A DNA stretch of 64,000 nucleotides from Nitrospirota bacterium (GTDB taxonomy: Bacteria; Nitrospirota; UBA9217). The stretch is taken from the NCBI GenBank assembly GCA_035623825.1, contig DASPSR010000061.1, forward strand, positions 8,953 to 72,952, written 5' to 3'. The notes under the pieces were generated by a model. The model did no database searches and was not told the origin of the DNA. It saw only the letters and a program-made list of their open reading frames with translations. This document shows, in pieces, positions 49,201 through 57,534 of this stretch. The position numbers and the translations under genes were made by a program. How positions within the stretch are numbered: position 1 is the stretch's first letter; every line of letters begins with the position of its first letter.

Positions 49201-50785
49201 TGTCAATGTTAATGGAGGATATCGCTCTGCGCAGATACTCGTATCGGACCTTTCGCCCGATAACTGGTACGGACTCTTCTATGTTAGCGGCAATAATGAC
49301 TCAGTCGCAGGAGATATCGGTTGGATTGCTAACCGTGACGAAAACAAACACGGCATTTACAATCCGATGGGCAAGGGTTCCGTGTCACTTCCCCCGGAGC
49401 CGCTGCATCTAGGTGACAGCCAACCTATAGTGATACAAGCGGGCGGAAACATCGAGAACCTGAATCTCCTGTTCCCCAAAAAGGCCGAGGTGATAGCTGG
49501 CCAGAACATCGAGAATATTACCTACGATGGGCAGAACATCGACCCCAAGGATGTGTCCATGATCCGGGCCGGAGGAGATATTTCAATGCAATACGTCAAG
49601 GCGTCCAGTACTTCGCTGCAAGGCGGTCTGATTGAAGGCGGCCCGGGGGTCTTCCTTGTCCAGGCTGGCGGCTCAATAAATCTGGGTTCACTATCAGGCG
49701 GGATTCAGGAGATCGGCAACGGCGATAATGCCGCTTTAGGGACAGGCAAGAGCAGCCTTGTTGTTATGGCTGGGTACTCGTTCGACATAGATTCATCCGA
49801 TATCAGCTCTGTCTTCAACACAGCGGCCGATGTTAGCAATTTCTTTTCCACGATCCAGAAGGCCGGGGATGACTACGCAAAGCTCCTGTCTGGCGGCAAA
49901 CTGACAGACGCCGCCACGCTTCTTCAGAACACGAGGAATGCGGACATCGCCCCCCTTGAGAAAACAGCGAGCGGCAGAGGGGACATCGACATGACCGCAT
50001 CGCAAATCCTGACATCGAACGCCGCATCCGACATTTTCGTCATCGCTAACGGAAACCTGAACCTGGGAACGACCGCGCTGCCGAGCGTTACTTTAGTGAA
50101 TACGACAACAGGAATAACAACGGCAAACGGCGGCACGATCAACATATTCGCGGTCAAGGACGTCGATGTTCAGGAATCGCGCGTAATGACCTTCTTTTCG
50201 CAGCAGGACGTGGTCGACCCATCGATCTCTTACGGCGACATTACGGTGTGGAGCGATGATGGAAACATCAATGCGGGCCGGGGGTCGAGAACCGCGGTGA
50301 ACGCTTCTGCGCCAAAAACAGTGTTTGATACCAGCACGCATGAGTACAAGACGGTGTTTACTCCACCTGCGGTCGGAAGCGGCATACGGGCCCTGACCTA
50401 CGGAGAAAACCCGCCCATGCCCGGTAATGTTCATCTCTTCGCTCCAACCGGCGTTATTGACGCGGGCGAAGCGGGGATCGCGGGAAGTACGGTCACCCTG
50501 GCCGCCCTCAAGGTCACGAACGTCACGAACATCACTTTCTCAGTGGGTTCCGTCGGCGTGCCGCAGCAATCGGTAGGAACGGCCAATATCGGGTCGTTGT
50601 CAGGCACCGGGAACATGACGCAAAACACTCAATTGGCAAACGATGTCTCCGGCCTCGCCATGGCACAGTCTCAGGCATCGCAGATGATCGAGGATATTGT
50701 CACGAAGTGGCTGGATGTAAAGGTCATTGACTTCGTTGAAGACGCGCACAATGACCAGAACGATGACGAAAGCAAGAAGAAATAG
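40241..50785 (+). CDS. TpsA filamentous haemagglutinin-like exoprotein with a DUF3739-like C-terminus (PdtA-like)
   Basis: Signal peptide from ATG 40241 (GGAGG RBS), TPS domain (INWASFNIG, NQNGILFG), beta-helix repeats, C-terminal GNINAGRG...GSGI...APTGVIDAGEAGI. Confidence 0.92.
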   Translation: MKTGVFHKMLGLLCCASLLFPQYALAGGVNIPGFTGVVTPRSTVAAPAPAPAPVTVNIPGFYGPAVTPPLPAQLPILKNVVQGATVESPLNNQLTIDQTQQQAIINWASFNIGAAASVTFNQQHQSGWVAVNRIWDANPTLIFGKLSADGKIYLINQNGILFGPGSKVNVNGLVASALNIKDNDFLNNVLNFTAMDYQGSILNPVQNNPNYLAAVSNLGEIDTADGGYVFLIAPRVDNYGTINAPAGQLGLIAGTDVNLHASQGTNPAQTYVVIINDSFLTSPKSTDANFGRAVNGDTGKLNADGGVAGMYGNNVDQWGVIRSVTAFKNNKGYVELMAANKITTGADSSIMLPVDNEVDPTTGLPPTISETFDIQPTVFIGGLNGTNAAATQIDLGGKIVAPAGQVTLRAANQVAMESGSGIDVSGVVADLSVAVITAKLNSIELRDDDTQKGGVLQGQNITTPVTAGSTIGNLSQDLLTQDKTAQERLIGGDIRKVAVQNSSTGQSSWSYNSITGNISVNVASGDIIVKQGASLNFAGGEINYVGGLVNSTKLLSGTTIYDISNAPANIQYDQILGNYVKSYARFGMQQSYTGLYYGGASPAMTHETGYSVGGDAGTLSLSATTIVLNGQINGSVNRGTYQNAWTTSASYSSSADYYEALMLSKAEGLETPRAGNLTINASNISVVSETDTQNDITPATTSLLSAKTLNNANLGTLGLTADLTISTAADAALALQPGGSFTAQARLISYEGQITVPGGNINLYTVQNSTSYRDTSGNLNSNYVALPNGLTERIVLGSKSVLDASGQRIDNSQTGTGNAVTTPGFTNGGKIYIEDQTDLGAGVFLQKGAVVNVSGGYSIDQKGKVTGGSAGAVIIQGANIELDGSLQGYALADPKGKLAGGAITLTSLNASVVPATSIPQWYDWSTFDPLSSDSSRSSIPAQMKGMFYLADNEFGDTGFTQITVNSKNDVTIGSPGGVNTNVAPSLIRSKNPVAAQAGLNAKTGEQEVPGNPNLISLDPSLDYMAGQSQFTAAAGVAFSSSSSGTGFTGILSQNSAPTTLSVLNGTMIRTTPGGKIILSSGVPGTTTGSVMMDGKLDSRAGTINVTATGGNLLIGENATILAKGFNTPDPSSTPNGFSVNHQPMNGGNVSLIATANGDQAGTGNLTIASGATIDVSGSDAVMNTVLSGSKTTTYQTAGNPGSVSLSYGGIPVLEGAVVANNANLNGLGGIGGGTLAMTYTYPLNSPGANNMSIGSYIGYFLRGGFDDLTFKSNYTISFDSGDVSYVIPRKLTLDAPNIIGTGNTVTLSAAWIVLKNTSTVSPQPANSTVPAAGNLTLSGGWTDASGMHSGFIDVIGSIQIDGFKDVTLRTDQDITLSQALYNDNFIAGQHGNPGTVNPGMLGTTGDLVLDAARIYPGNYYEYDKNGSKMFPYIYSDYTVQANGKVTLQHTFSNTDAAADPPIYSAGGSLTIISRGLSGSGGIDVEQGVTVAAPLGTINLNAPGNRIYLASGSTLTIAANVASVLYGELDQNNLWLVPDKAKPAPGSGSESFFTQDALSNKGINLNADEVITRQGSKIDVSGGGSVFAYSFQPGVQGSVDPLTESGRYVVFKADTVPMPGTDVYLQGEGGLSAGMYTLLPLDSSHPQNARYAFMPGAYILEVQKGASLPAQGALSQDGYPLVVGYSAIADTSIKSTQPQVYSVRAASEVLTTEGNYVQPVPSVSGNAGNINITGTTMILDGQLKAAAFDGYQGGTISLKASNITVQSESASPLAGILFDFNTPLSKVNSGLMGKLTISSNGITGFHEVDLGDVDQTAKGITNSITVKAGAELDADIISLSARGSASSSITLEGGSKLVAATGDGEINIITPGTLVIGDSGSAATLHAAHAVNITANNVTGMNGSFQSEGGALTLNSSAIFFDDGTRTDPGLHLTQAMWNNFTGFQDFTLVSNSGSNAGIQFLTSVDLTAVNSLTLDASRIANMSPNAITVNLSAPTINFKNSGTSSTSLPDASMGAATFTATAKPINAGGAGTINFGEGDILFDNFKMIAINSQNDLTLLGKGSLSTGNGDLAISAARMITASTSRTVTDTVDNIQTTAITAPDFVIYTGSNYNNDMQSTLGLIPGGAISINGNGNYKQSPAQGGGMLEIWGTSIRTDNGGVIQADGGTIKMVATGGDIALNNTSQILAKGTVDAPGGQVFLQSTSGGIVIDNTSSIDVSAGSQGDAGLINIKAPIGGVTINGNLEGKAQGGAGGSLVIDTYQFDNSDTTKPNTDMANLLNTISASSGGFTERIDLRATTGDIVIGSDVNAHHVKLTADGATSGGNIDVNGNIIADAEGTAGGGIELYAKNNLSINGGIRAVSTVPGSLDPNVLLSSTQGSVSINGKIDVSDSNGNMNGIVYLRALRNANNNDISASLGPQGSIVGQSTVYAEAVDKPVDISSLSPLQTLSQEISATTVFYNNYVNNTSSFGSGIKNFHLLPGIELYSAGDINWNTALDLTDYRFGGEPGVLTIRSAGNLNINASLADAPAYAASGNNFITAAPAGRNSWGFNLVAGADPSSADYMAINTLGTGNLTIADNVIVYTESAPIRFASGGDTVIGTGQAISHANFPSYMITDGMYYNLASFTGSIRGNIGRDLNVYGAIQTATGDIDINVGRDLNLFVGNDSSYAGAGAIRTTGQLSAQAASDPMGSYALDPKPIDPATGQPFQTIMQQDPEGTYWWRYTGGGSITLEVGRQVGKPVNGTWVTADGAGQQTSVSWDYYSQIYVTINNSSSYAYYGLFSADYIYGTAGLATMGGGNLSVRTGGDFLAQAGTFGSGNLAIYSGGDIRGRFLNAMGQGVQGQESQGIGEIHAMGNVGASASPVQIELINSKTNVTAQGEIQVGAVVNPSLASDQIEQYRAQDFVYDSYTPETSISLKAGTDVTLAGRSPYYENPTAAQTYERVLPAHVSVVAGGNLYMLNDFTLASASDGNLSLDVRGDVIGQVVNVNGGYRSAQILVSDLSPDNWYGLFYVSGNNDSVAGDIGWIANRDENKHGIYNPMGKGSVSLPPEPLHLGDSQPIVIQAGGNIENLNLLFPKKAEVIAGQNIENITYDGQNIDPKDVSMIRAGGDISMQYVKASSTSLQGGLIEGGPGVFLVQAGGSINLGSLSGGIQEIGNGDNAALGTGKSSLVVMAGYSFDIDSSDISSVFNTAADVSNFFSTIQKAGDDYAKLLSGGKLTDAATLLQNTRNADIAPLEKTASGRGDIDMTASQILTSNAASDIFVIANGNLNLGTTALPSVTLVNTTTGITTANGGTINIFAVKDVDVQESRVMTFFSQQDVVDPSISYGDITVWSDDGNINAGRGSRTAVNASAPKTVFDTSTHEYKTVFTPPAVGSGIRALTYGENPPMPGNVHLFAPTGVIDAGEAGIAGSTVTLAALKVTNVTNITFSVGSVGVPQQSVGTANIGSLSGTGNMTQNTQLANDVSGLAMAQSQASQMIEDIVTKWLDVKVIDFVEDAHNDQNDDESKKK

Positions 50786-50800
50786 AGGAAACCCGGGCAT

Positions 50801-52618
50801 ATGGACAGGAGATATTTTCTTACATCGATACATCTATTGACAAAAATATTCGTACTGGCCGGAGGCTTGGCGTTTTTCATTGGCGTTCTTGCTGTTCCGG
50901 ACGCGCATGCCTGGTGGGATGGCAAGTGGCAGCAGCGCAAGAAAATACAGTTCGATACCTCGGAGAAGGCCGCCGACATCAAGGAGAACCTGGTCGATGT
51001 TACCCTGCTTGTACGTCTTCATACGGGAAACTTCACTTTCTCCGGTGCAAAGGCAGATGGGTCTGACCTGCGGTTCGTGAGCAGCGACGACAAGACTCCT
51101 CTGAAGTTTCACATCGAAAAGTTCGATCCCTCGGAAGAGATGGCATTGATCTGGGTCAAGGTTCCCAGTGTATCCGCGAGCTCAGCCCAGAATTCGATCT
51201 GGATGTATTATGGCAATTCTTCCGCCCCGGACGGACAGGATAAGGGCGGCACCTTCGATATGAACTATGTGGCCGTCTATCACCTGGCGGAGAAGGACGG
51301 CAATCCGCGGGATGCGACCGCTTACGCCAACAATGTAGCAGGCTTTACCGGCAAGCTGGGGATCCCCTCAGTTCTAGGAAACGGCGCGCAGTTCGACGGA
51401 ACCACTGGCGGTCAGATGACAATTGCCAGATCACCATCGCTCACCTTCACCAAGGGCTTTACCTTTTCATCCTGGGTCCGTATGAACCAGCCCTCGGGCA
51501 GCTCACAGCTGTTTTCCTGGGATGACGGAATCCAGTCGATCGTGATCGGCATCGACAACGGGAATGCATACTGCAGTCTGGGGTACGGTAAAGGACCGGT
51601 GACCGAGACGCCGAAAACGGTTGCCTTGATTCCGAATCACTGGCAGCACCTCGCCGTCGTTGTGGACTCTGAAAAGCGGATCACAGTGTATCTGGATGGC
51701 AAGGAAGCTTCGGCAAGCGTTCTGAACAGGGCCATTCCAGCGCCATCTTCGGACATCATCCTCGGTGGAGCTGCAAAAGGGGGGAATGCGTTCATCGGTG
51801 ACCTCGATGAAGTGCAGTTGTCGAATAGCGTCAGGACTGCCGGCTGGATCAAGGCCGAGTTCCAGAGCCAGGGACCGGACGGAGTGCTGACGTCCTATCT
51901 AGAAGAAGAAACCGGAGGTGGCGGCGGCGAATCATTTACCATCCACATGATGAAAGTGATCATGAGAACCATCACCCTTGATGGATGGCTGATCATCGGG
52001 GTGCTGGTGATCATGGGTTTTGGCTCCCTATATATATTTCGGCAGAAGGTCGCGATGCTAAACCGCGCCAAAAAGGTCAATCAGACCTTTTCCCAGTCCT
52101 TCAGAGATCTGGATCATCCATTTTCCCTAATTGATAAAGAACAACACTTCCATGGATCGCCTATCTACCGAGTCTACCGGGCCGGGTGCGAGGAATTGAA
52201 GAGTTCTTCTGCCGGCAACAAGGCAAAACCCTTCGAATTAGGAAAGGGGCTGCCCGAGAAGGTCATGAACGGTTTCAAGGCTGCCGTCGAAATAGAGGCC
52301 ATGTATGAAAGTAGAAAACTGTCCGCGGGCATGGTCATTATGAACATGAGTGTCGCCGGCGGTCCCTTCTTGGGGCTGCTTGGCACGGTCTGGGGCGTCA
52401 TGAATACCTTTGCGGGACTTGCAGAGAGCGGTGAAGCTAACCTGGCCGCCATCGCGCCGGGCGTCGCCTCGGCCCTCTCCTGCACGCTGGCAGGGCTACT
52501 GGTCGCTATTCCTTCATTGTTCGCCAGTAGCTACGTCACGAGCCGCATCAAAGACATGAATGCCGATGTGAACGTCTTCATCGAAAGGTTCATTCTCATG
52601 CTGGAAGGGGAAAAATGA
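50801..52618 (+). CDS. exbB: DUF2341-LamG-ExbB (MotA/TolQ/ExbB) fusion protein
   Basis: WWDGKW, DGSDLRF, IWMYYGN (DUF2341); WQHLAV...GDLDEV (LamG); GPFLGLLGTVWG proton-channel helix. Confidence 0.88.
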   Translation: MDRRYFLTSIHLLTKIFVLAGGLAFFIGVLAVPDAHAWWDGKWQQRKKIQFDTSEKAADIKENLVDVTLLVRLHTGNFTFSGAKADGSDLRFVSSDDKTPLKFHIEKFDPSEEMALIWVKVPSVSASSAQNSIWMYYGNSSAPDGQDKGGTFDMNYVAVYHLAEKDGNPRDATAYANNVAGFTGKLGIPSVLGNGAQFDGTTGGQMTIARSPSLTFTKGFTFSSWVRMNQPSGSSQLFSWDDGIQSIVIGIDNGNAYCSLGYGKGPVTETPKTVALIPNHWQHLAVVVDSEKRITVYLDGKEASASVLNRAIPAPSSDIILGGAAKGGNAFIGDLDEVQLSNSVRTAGWIKAEFQSQGPDGVLTSYLEEETGGGGGESFTIHMMKVIMRTITLDGWLIIGVLVIMGFGSLYIFRQKVAMLNRAKKVNQTFSQSFRDLDHPFSLIDKEQHFHGSPIYRVYRAGCEELKSSSAGNKAKPFELGKGLPEKVMNGFKAAVEIEAMYESRKLSAGMVIMNMSVAGGPFLGLLGTVWGVMNTFAGLAESGEANLAAIAPGVASALSCTLAGLLVAIPSLFASSYVTSRIKDMNADVNVFIERFILMLEGEK

Positions 52619-52619
52619 G

Positions 52620-53036
52620 ATGCGCCGCGGGATAAACCCTTATGATGATCATGAAATTTACGACGAGATCAATGTGGTCCCCATGCTGGACCTGGCCTGG
52701 AACCTCCTTCTGGTGTTCATGATCGTCGTGACGGCGTCCGTACAGGGTATCAGCGTCGATCTTCCCAAAGCGAGTGCGGCTGCGGGAAAGGTCAAATCCA
52801 CGACGAGGGCGATCACCATCACCGCGGATGGGACCATCTATCTTGACAGTTTTCCCATGACTTTGGAAGAACTGGAGATCAGGCTCCGTCAGTATAAAGG
52901 CATGGACCCCAATTTCCCGGTGGTCATCCGGGGCGATAAGAAGATCTCCTATGAGAAAGTCATTGATGTGCTGGACCTTCTGCAGCGCTTGGAGATTACA
53001 CAGCTTGGCCTGGTGACTCAGAAGCTCGTGAAGTGA
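52620..53036 (+). CDS. exbD: ExbD/TolR biopolymer transport protein
   Basis: EINVVPMLDL with the conserved Asp; VVIRGDK. Confidence 0.9.
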   Translation: MRRGINPYDDHEIYDEINVVPMLDLAWNLLLVFMIVVTASVQGISVDLPKASAAAGKVKSTTRAITITADGTIYLDSFPMTLEELEIRLRQYKGMDPNFPVVIRGDKKISYEKVIDVLDLLQRLEITQLGLVTQKLVK

Positions 53037-53212
53037 GATCTGATACAGGATGCAAATTACAAATAAGTCACTGATTTCAACAGTAATTAAACACCATGAC
53101 TTTTGGGGTCATTCTTTTGAAATTTATCTAGGATTTGAGATTTACAGATTGTGTTTTCTGTTGCCGATCTTATTTTATCGGGAATATATAGTTTGTGATT
53201 TGAGCAAGACAG

Positions 53213-53914
53213 ATGCAGGAAAATCAAGAAAAACAGCCGATTTCCTGGCTCCTTATCGCTGTGTTCATCATTCTGGCGGGAGTGGGCGCCTATATCGTTA
53301 AAACGGTTCTCTCAGGGACGGAGCTGAAAAAGAAGGACACAACCACCACTGTCACCTTGCTAAAGCCGCCACCGCCGATGATCAAGGAAAAGCCTCCTGA
53401 ACCTGAGCCGATCAAGGAGATCCCGAAGAGGGAAGAGATCATCAATCAGGAAGTGAACAAGGAGCAGGGCCCCGAGAACGACATCAAGGACAGCACGCCT
53501 GCGGGGGACAACCTAGGCGTTGATGCCGAGGGTACAGCAGGCAGCGATAGCTTCGGCTTGGTCGGGAAAAAAGGGGGCAGAAGCCTCATTGCCGGAGGCG
53601 GACCGGGCATTGGAACGGGCTCTCTTCTGACAAAGTTCGCCGGCTATACCCAGATCGTGACGGTGGAACTCAGAAAAAAGGTCATGAAGCTCCTTGATGA
53701 AGAAGGCGGAATCCCCAAGGGCAAGTTTCAAGCCGTCGTCAGGGTGAGCATTGACACGAACGGCAAGGTTACTGACTACCGGATCATCGGTTCATCGGGA
53801 AACAACAAAATGGATGATGCGGTAAATCGGTCACTGCGCACATTCCGAATCAGTGAGCCACCACCGGATGGCATGCCGCGGACGATGGATATCAAGATCA
53901 TCTCTCAGGGCTGA
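53213..53914 (+). CDS. tonB: TonB-family energy transducer
   Basis: N-terminal TM anchor, Pro-rich linker, C-terminal SSGNNKMDDAV...PPP. Confidence 0.8.
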   Translation: MQENQEKQPISWLLIAVFIILAGVGAYIVKTVLSGTELKKKDTTTTVTLLKPPPPMIKEKPPEPEPIKEIPKREEIINQEVNKEQGPENDIKDSTPAGDNLGVDAEGTAGSDSFGLVGKKGGRSLIAGGGPGIGTGSLLTKFAGYTQIVTVELRKKVMKLLDEEGGIPKGKFQAVVRVSIDTNGKVTDYRIIGSSGNNKMDDAVNRSLRTFRISEPPPDGMPRTMDIKIISQG

Positions 53915-54055
53915 TGCAGCGGACAGGGAATCACAAAAACTTTCTTGGACGTGGATAAATCGGCTCAATGCGGATGATGAAAAAAGAAAACTAGCGACTG
54001 CTGCTTTTGTGATGAAGGCCTGAATACTATCACATGAAAGGAATCAGGAATATAT

Positions 54056-55708
54056 ATGAGAGAGATCAACCGGCTTCTGGCGTCTGCATCTCAGGAGTTG
54101 ATGGGGAAAAGTTTCACCGTCCGCATTGCGGTACTCCTGGTGCTTGTCACTATCGGCTGTGCGCATCCCAAGCCGACGACAATCACGCATGAGAGCACTC
54201 CGTCCCAGAGCGAGGCCGCCATGGCACCTCTGAAGTCACGCAAGGGGTCTGTCGATCAGACGAAGGGAACGGCCCCAGCTCAGGAGTCACATGCTGCTAC
54301 GGAGGCACATCAGCCCGAGGCAGCTGCCCCCGCGCTTGTTCAGTCCGTAACACCGAGCACGGAAGGGACAGGGACTGCATCCATTGAGAAATCACGGGCT
54401 GACCAGGAGGCGCATGAGAAGGAGTTGATCGAGCAGATCACCGCTCAAGTGACTGCGGATGTCAGCAAGAAGGTTGAGGAGCAAGTAAGAAGCGAGGTCA
54501 TGAATGAAATGTACCGGGAGATCTGGAAAGTCAACCAGGCAATGAAGGAGAAGGACGAGCGGCTCCGCTTCGGCGGCGACATCAGGCTGCGGTATGAGGC
54601 AGATTATTTTAATTCGAGCAACGCCATCCTGTTTCAGCCTTCCAATCCGTCTCAGCAAATGAATACGCAGAACAACACATCCCGCTTCAAGTACAGGGTC
54701 CGTTTTGGGGCAGAGGCAAAGGTGAATGATCAGGTGGAAGCGGTCGTTAGATTGTCCACAGGGACCACGACAAATCCCGTGACGGAAAACAACACCATGG
54801 GCACTTATATGAATAAGGGCAGTGTCGTGTTCGATCTTGCCTATATCAAGTGGCAGCCATGGAAGGCCCTTACCCTCTACGGCGGCCGCATGCCAAATCC
54901 GTTTCTGCATTCCGACCTGGTATGGGCCCCGGATCTGAACTTCGATGGGTTTGTCGCGAAAATGAAGAGCCCGGCTACGGAATCCTGGGCCCCCTTTTTG
55001 ACAGTCGGGGCATTTCCCCTGCAGCAATATGACTTTAGCGCGCACAACAAGTGGCTCCTGGGAGGGCAAACCGGCCTCGAACGCACGAATACGAAGGGCA
55101 TTTCCTCGAAGATCGGTGCAGCCTACTACGATTACAAAAACATAACAGGTGTGCCTAATAGTCCTGACTCCAACGCCAACAACTGGACGGCTCCCTTATT
55201 TCAACAAAAAGGCAACACTTTGTTCGATCTCGGTGGGTTAAACGCACCCATTTATGCCCTCGCTTCGGAGTTCGAGGAAGTGAACGTTACCGGTATCCTT
55301 GATATCGGCTTCTGGGATCCCGTCCATATCGTTTTCCTCGGCGATTATGTGTACAATGTCGGGTTTATCAGAAACGACGTCATAGAGCTGACGGGAAACC
55401 CGAACACGGTGAAGGACATACAAGGCGAGCAGTTTGGGATCACTGTGGGCTATCCGACCATCCGGGATAAAAAGCAGTGGAGCGTGTATTTCTCGTTTAA
55501 GCGCATCGGTGCCGACGCTATTGTCGATGCATTTACGGACCCTGATTTTCATCTTGGCGGGACGAATGCGAGGGGATGGATCGTGGGTGCCGACTTTGGT
55601 CTGGCCAAGAATTTCTGGCTCAGGACCCGGTGGCTGACAGCGGACCAGATCAGCGGCCCGCCACTGGCAATTGATGTTTTGCAAGTGGACTTCAATGCAC
55701 GATTCTAA
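54056..55708 (+). CDS. Putative outer-membrane porin with an N-terminal lipoprotein/coiled-coil extension
   Basis: TIGC lipobox, FGGDIRLRYE, TDPDFHLGGTN, C-terminal QVDFNARF. Confidence 0.82.
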   Translation: MREINRLLASASQELMGKSFTVRIAVLLVLVTIGCAHPKPTTITHESTPSQSEAAMAPLKSRKGSVDQTKGTAPAQESHAATEAHQPEAAAPALVQSVTPSTEGTGTASIEKSRADQEAHEKELIEQITAQVTADVSKKVEEQVRSEVMNEMYREIWKVNQAMKEKDERLRFGGDIRLRYEADYFNSSNAILFQPSNPSQQMNTQNNTSRFKYRVRFGAEAKVNDQVEAVVRLSTGTTTNPVTENNTMGTYMNKGSVVFDLAYIKWQPWKALTLYGGRMPNPFLHSDLVWAPDLNFDGFVAKMKSPATESWAPFLTVGAFPLQQYDFSAHNKWLLGGQTGLERTNTKGISSKIGAAYYDYKNITGVPNSPDSNANNWTAPLFQQKGNTLFDLGGLNAPIYALASEFEEVNVTGILDIGFWDPVHIVFLGDYVYNVGFIRNDVIELTGNPNTVKDIQGEQFGITVGYPTIRDKKQWSVYFSFKRIGADAIVDAFTDPDFHLGGTNARGWIVGADFGLAKNFWLRTRWLTADQISGPPLAIDVLQVDFNARF

Positions 55709-55768
55709 TGTTTACAGGGGTGCACTTATGCTCCGGGGGTCTGGATTCCCATTGGCGCTGGAGAAAAA

Positions 55769-56446
55769 ATGAAAATGCCGTTGATACAAAAGCTGATTCT
55801 TACCACGATCGCCTTGGCGGTCGGACTGCTCATTGGGCTGGGCTTCGGACAGATGCAGATAGGCAAGGAACAGAAGATCTGCCAGGAAAAGATGAGGGAG
55901 AAGGACAAAAAGATCGCATTTATGATGACTAAACTGAACGAAGAAAAAGCCCAGGCAGCGAGTACAACCAGTACGATCGAACAGAGATGCCGGGACGATG
56001 TGAACAAGCTGCAGGATGAACTGGTGACGGAGAAAAAGAAAACCGAAACTTACAGCGGCAGAGCAAGAACACTCAAAGAGCAAGTTCAAAAGTTGGACGA
56101 TAGGATAACTGCGGCCGATGAAGCGGCGGCCAAGACAAAACAGGAGCTCCAGGAAACGCTTCGGAGCAACAAGGAGCTGGGCGGTGAACTCAGAAAGGCA
56201 GCAGGAGAGGAGCAGGCCCTTCAATCTGAGATCAAAAAGATCGCCAGGGAGCTGGGCACCTGCTCCTCGGACAATGCCGAGCTTGTCCTAATCGCCAAAG
56301 AGCTCGTAAAGAAATACAAGGACAAGGGTTTTGGCTCGGTGCTCCTCGAAAAGGAACCACTGACACAGATACGTAAGGTGGAACTAGACAAGCTTACAAG
56401 CCAGTATCAGGAAGAGATCGATCAGAAGAAATTTACTGCGAAATAA
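55769..56446 (+). CDS. Membrane-anchored coiled-coil protein
   Basis: N-terminal TM helix, long heptad region, EPLTQI motif. Confidence 0.75.
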   Translation: MKMPLIQKLILTTIALAVGLLIGLGFGQMQIGKEQKICQEKMREKDKKIAFMMTKLNEEKAQAASTTSTIEQRCRDDVNKLQDELVTEKKKTETYSGRARTLKEQVQKLDDRITAADEAAAKTKQELQETLRSNKELGGELRKAAGEEQALQSEIKKIARELGTCSSDNAELVLIAKELVKKYKDKGFGSVLLEKEPLTQIRKVELDKLTSQYQEEIDQKKFTAK

Positions 56447-56460
56447 GGGGGTGTTTGAAC

Positions 56461-57474
56461 ATGACCAGGGTTTTCAGTCTTCAGGTAGCAGTGCTGTTTG
56501 CCGCATGCATCGCCATGACCTCGACCGCTTGGGGCGATATGAAGAAGGCAGAGCCGGCCGCTGATAGCGTTGCCCTCGTGAACGGCGTACCCATCGAACG
56601 GGGTGATTTCGATAAGGAAGTCTTCCTGGTCCAGAAGACCGTTCTAGGCGTTGGAAAACCGCTCTCCTGTAGCCAGGTAACCCAGATTCGGTCGGAAGTG
56701 CTGGAAAGCATGATACGGCGGGAGCTCCTTTATCAGGACAGCCGTAAAGCGGGGATCAAGCCTGATGAGACCGCTATCACCAAGGATATTTTTGCTATGA
56801 GGCAGCAGTTCCCGAGCGATGCTGAATATAAGAATGAGCTGGGTCGAAGAAACTTGACCGAGGAATCACTGCGCACGCAGCTGGAAAGGAACAGCGCCCT
56901 TCAGCAGTATGTTGACCGTAAATTCAGCGCGAAGGTCGTCGTGACCGATGATGAAACGGTCAACTATTACCAGAGCCACCTGGACCTCTTCAAACAGCCG
57001 CTGCAGGCGAGGGTCAGCCATATCCTGATTCAGGTCGATCCCAAATGGGATGATTCGCGAAAGCAGGAAGCGCGAAAAAAGGCCGATCAGATCGTGAGGA
57101 ACTTGAAGAAGGGCCAGGATTTCGCGGCCCTCGCGCGGGAACAATCCGACGGGCCGACCAGAACGAACGGCGGCGACCTTGGATATATCAGGAAGGGACA
57201 GCTCGATGCACAGCTCGAGAATGCCGTCTTTAAACTAAAAGCGGGGGAAACGAGCGATATCATAGAGACGAGCTACGGGTTTCACATTTTCAAGATTATC
57301 GACCGGAAACCGGAAACTGTTCTGGCCTATGATACCGTCAAAGAACAGATCCGTCAGCGTTTGGCCCAAGAAAAAGCGAGGCAGGATGCGGATGCGTACG
57401 CAAAGAGCCTGCGTGAGAAGGCATCGGTGGAGATATTTCCCAGTGAAGAGCTAAGTGCCGCCAGGAAACCCTGA
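56461..57474 (+). CDS. SurA/PpiC-type peptidyl-prolyl isomerase
   Basis: VALVNG, SHILI, FAALAREQS, GGDLG, YGFHI. Confidence 0.9.
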   Translation: MTRVFSLQVAVLFAACIAMTSTAWGDMKKAEPAADSVALVNGVPIERGDFDKEVFLVQKTVLGVGKPLSCSQVTQIRSEVLESMIRRELLYQDSRKAGIKPDETAITKDIFAMRQQFPSDAEYKNELGRRNLTEESLRTQLERNSALQQYVDRKFSAKVVVTDDETVNYYQSHLDLFKQPLQARVSHILIQVDPKWDDSRKQEARKKADQIVRNLKKGQDFAALAREQSDGPTRTNGGDLGYIRKGQLDAQLENAVFKLKAGETSDIIETSYGFHIFKIIDRKPETVLAYDTVKEQIRQRLAQEKARQDADAYAKSLREKASVEIFPSEELSAARKP

Positions 57475-57534
57475 CGTGACCGGAAGTGCGACGAAAGGCG
57501 AAGGGCACGGGGCTGATGCCGGGGGGTCTCTCAT

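Noticed and set aside
40241-50785. CdiA contact-dependent inhibition toxin
   Set aside because: No VENN/pre-toxin region, toxin tip or immunity gene; the C-terminus is DUF3739-like and is followed by exbB.
53050-53301. 83-aa ORF between exbD and tonB
   Set aside because: AT-rich, overlaps the tonB start, no motif; probably a spacer.
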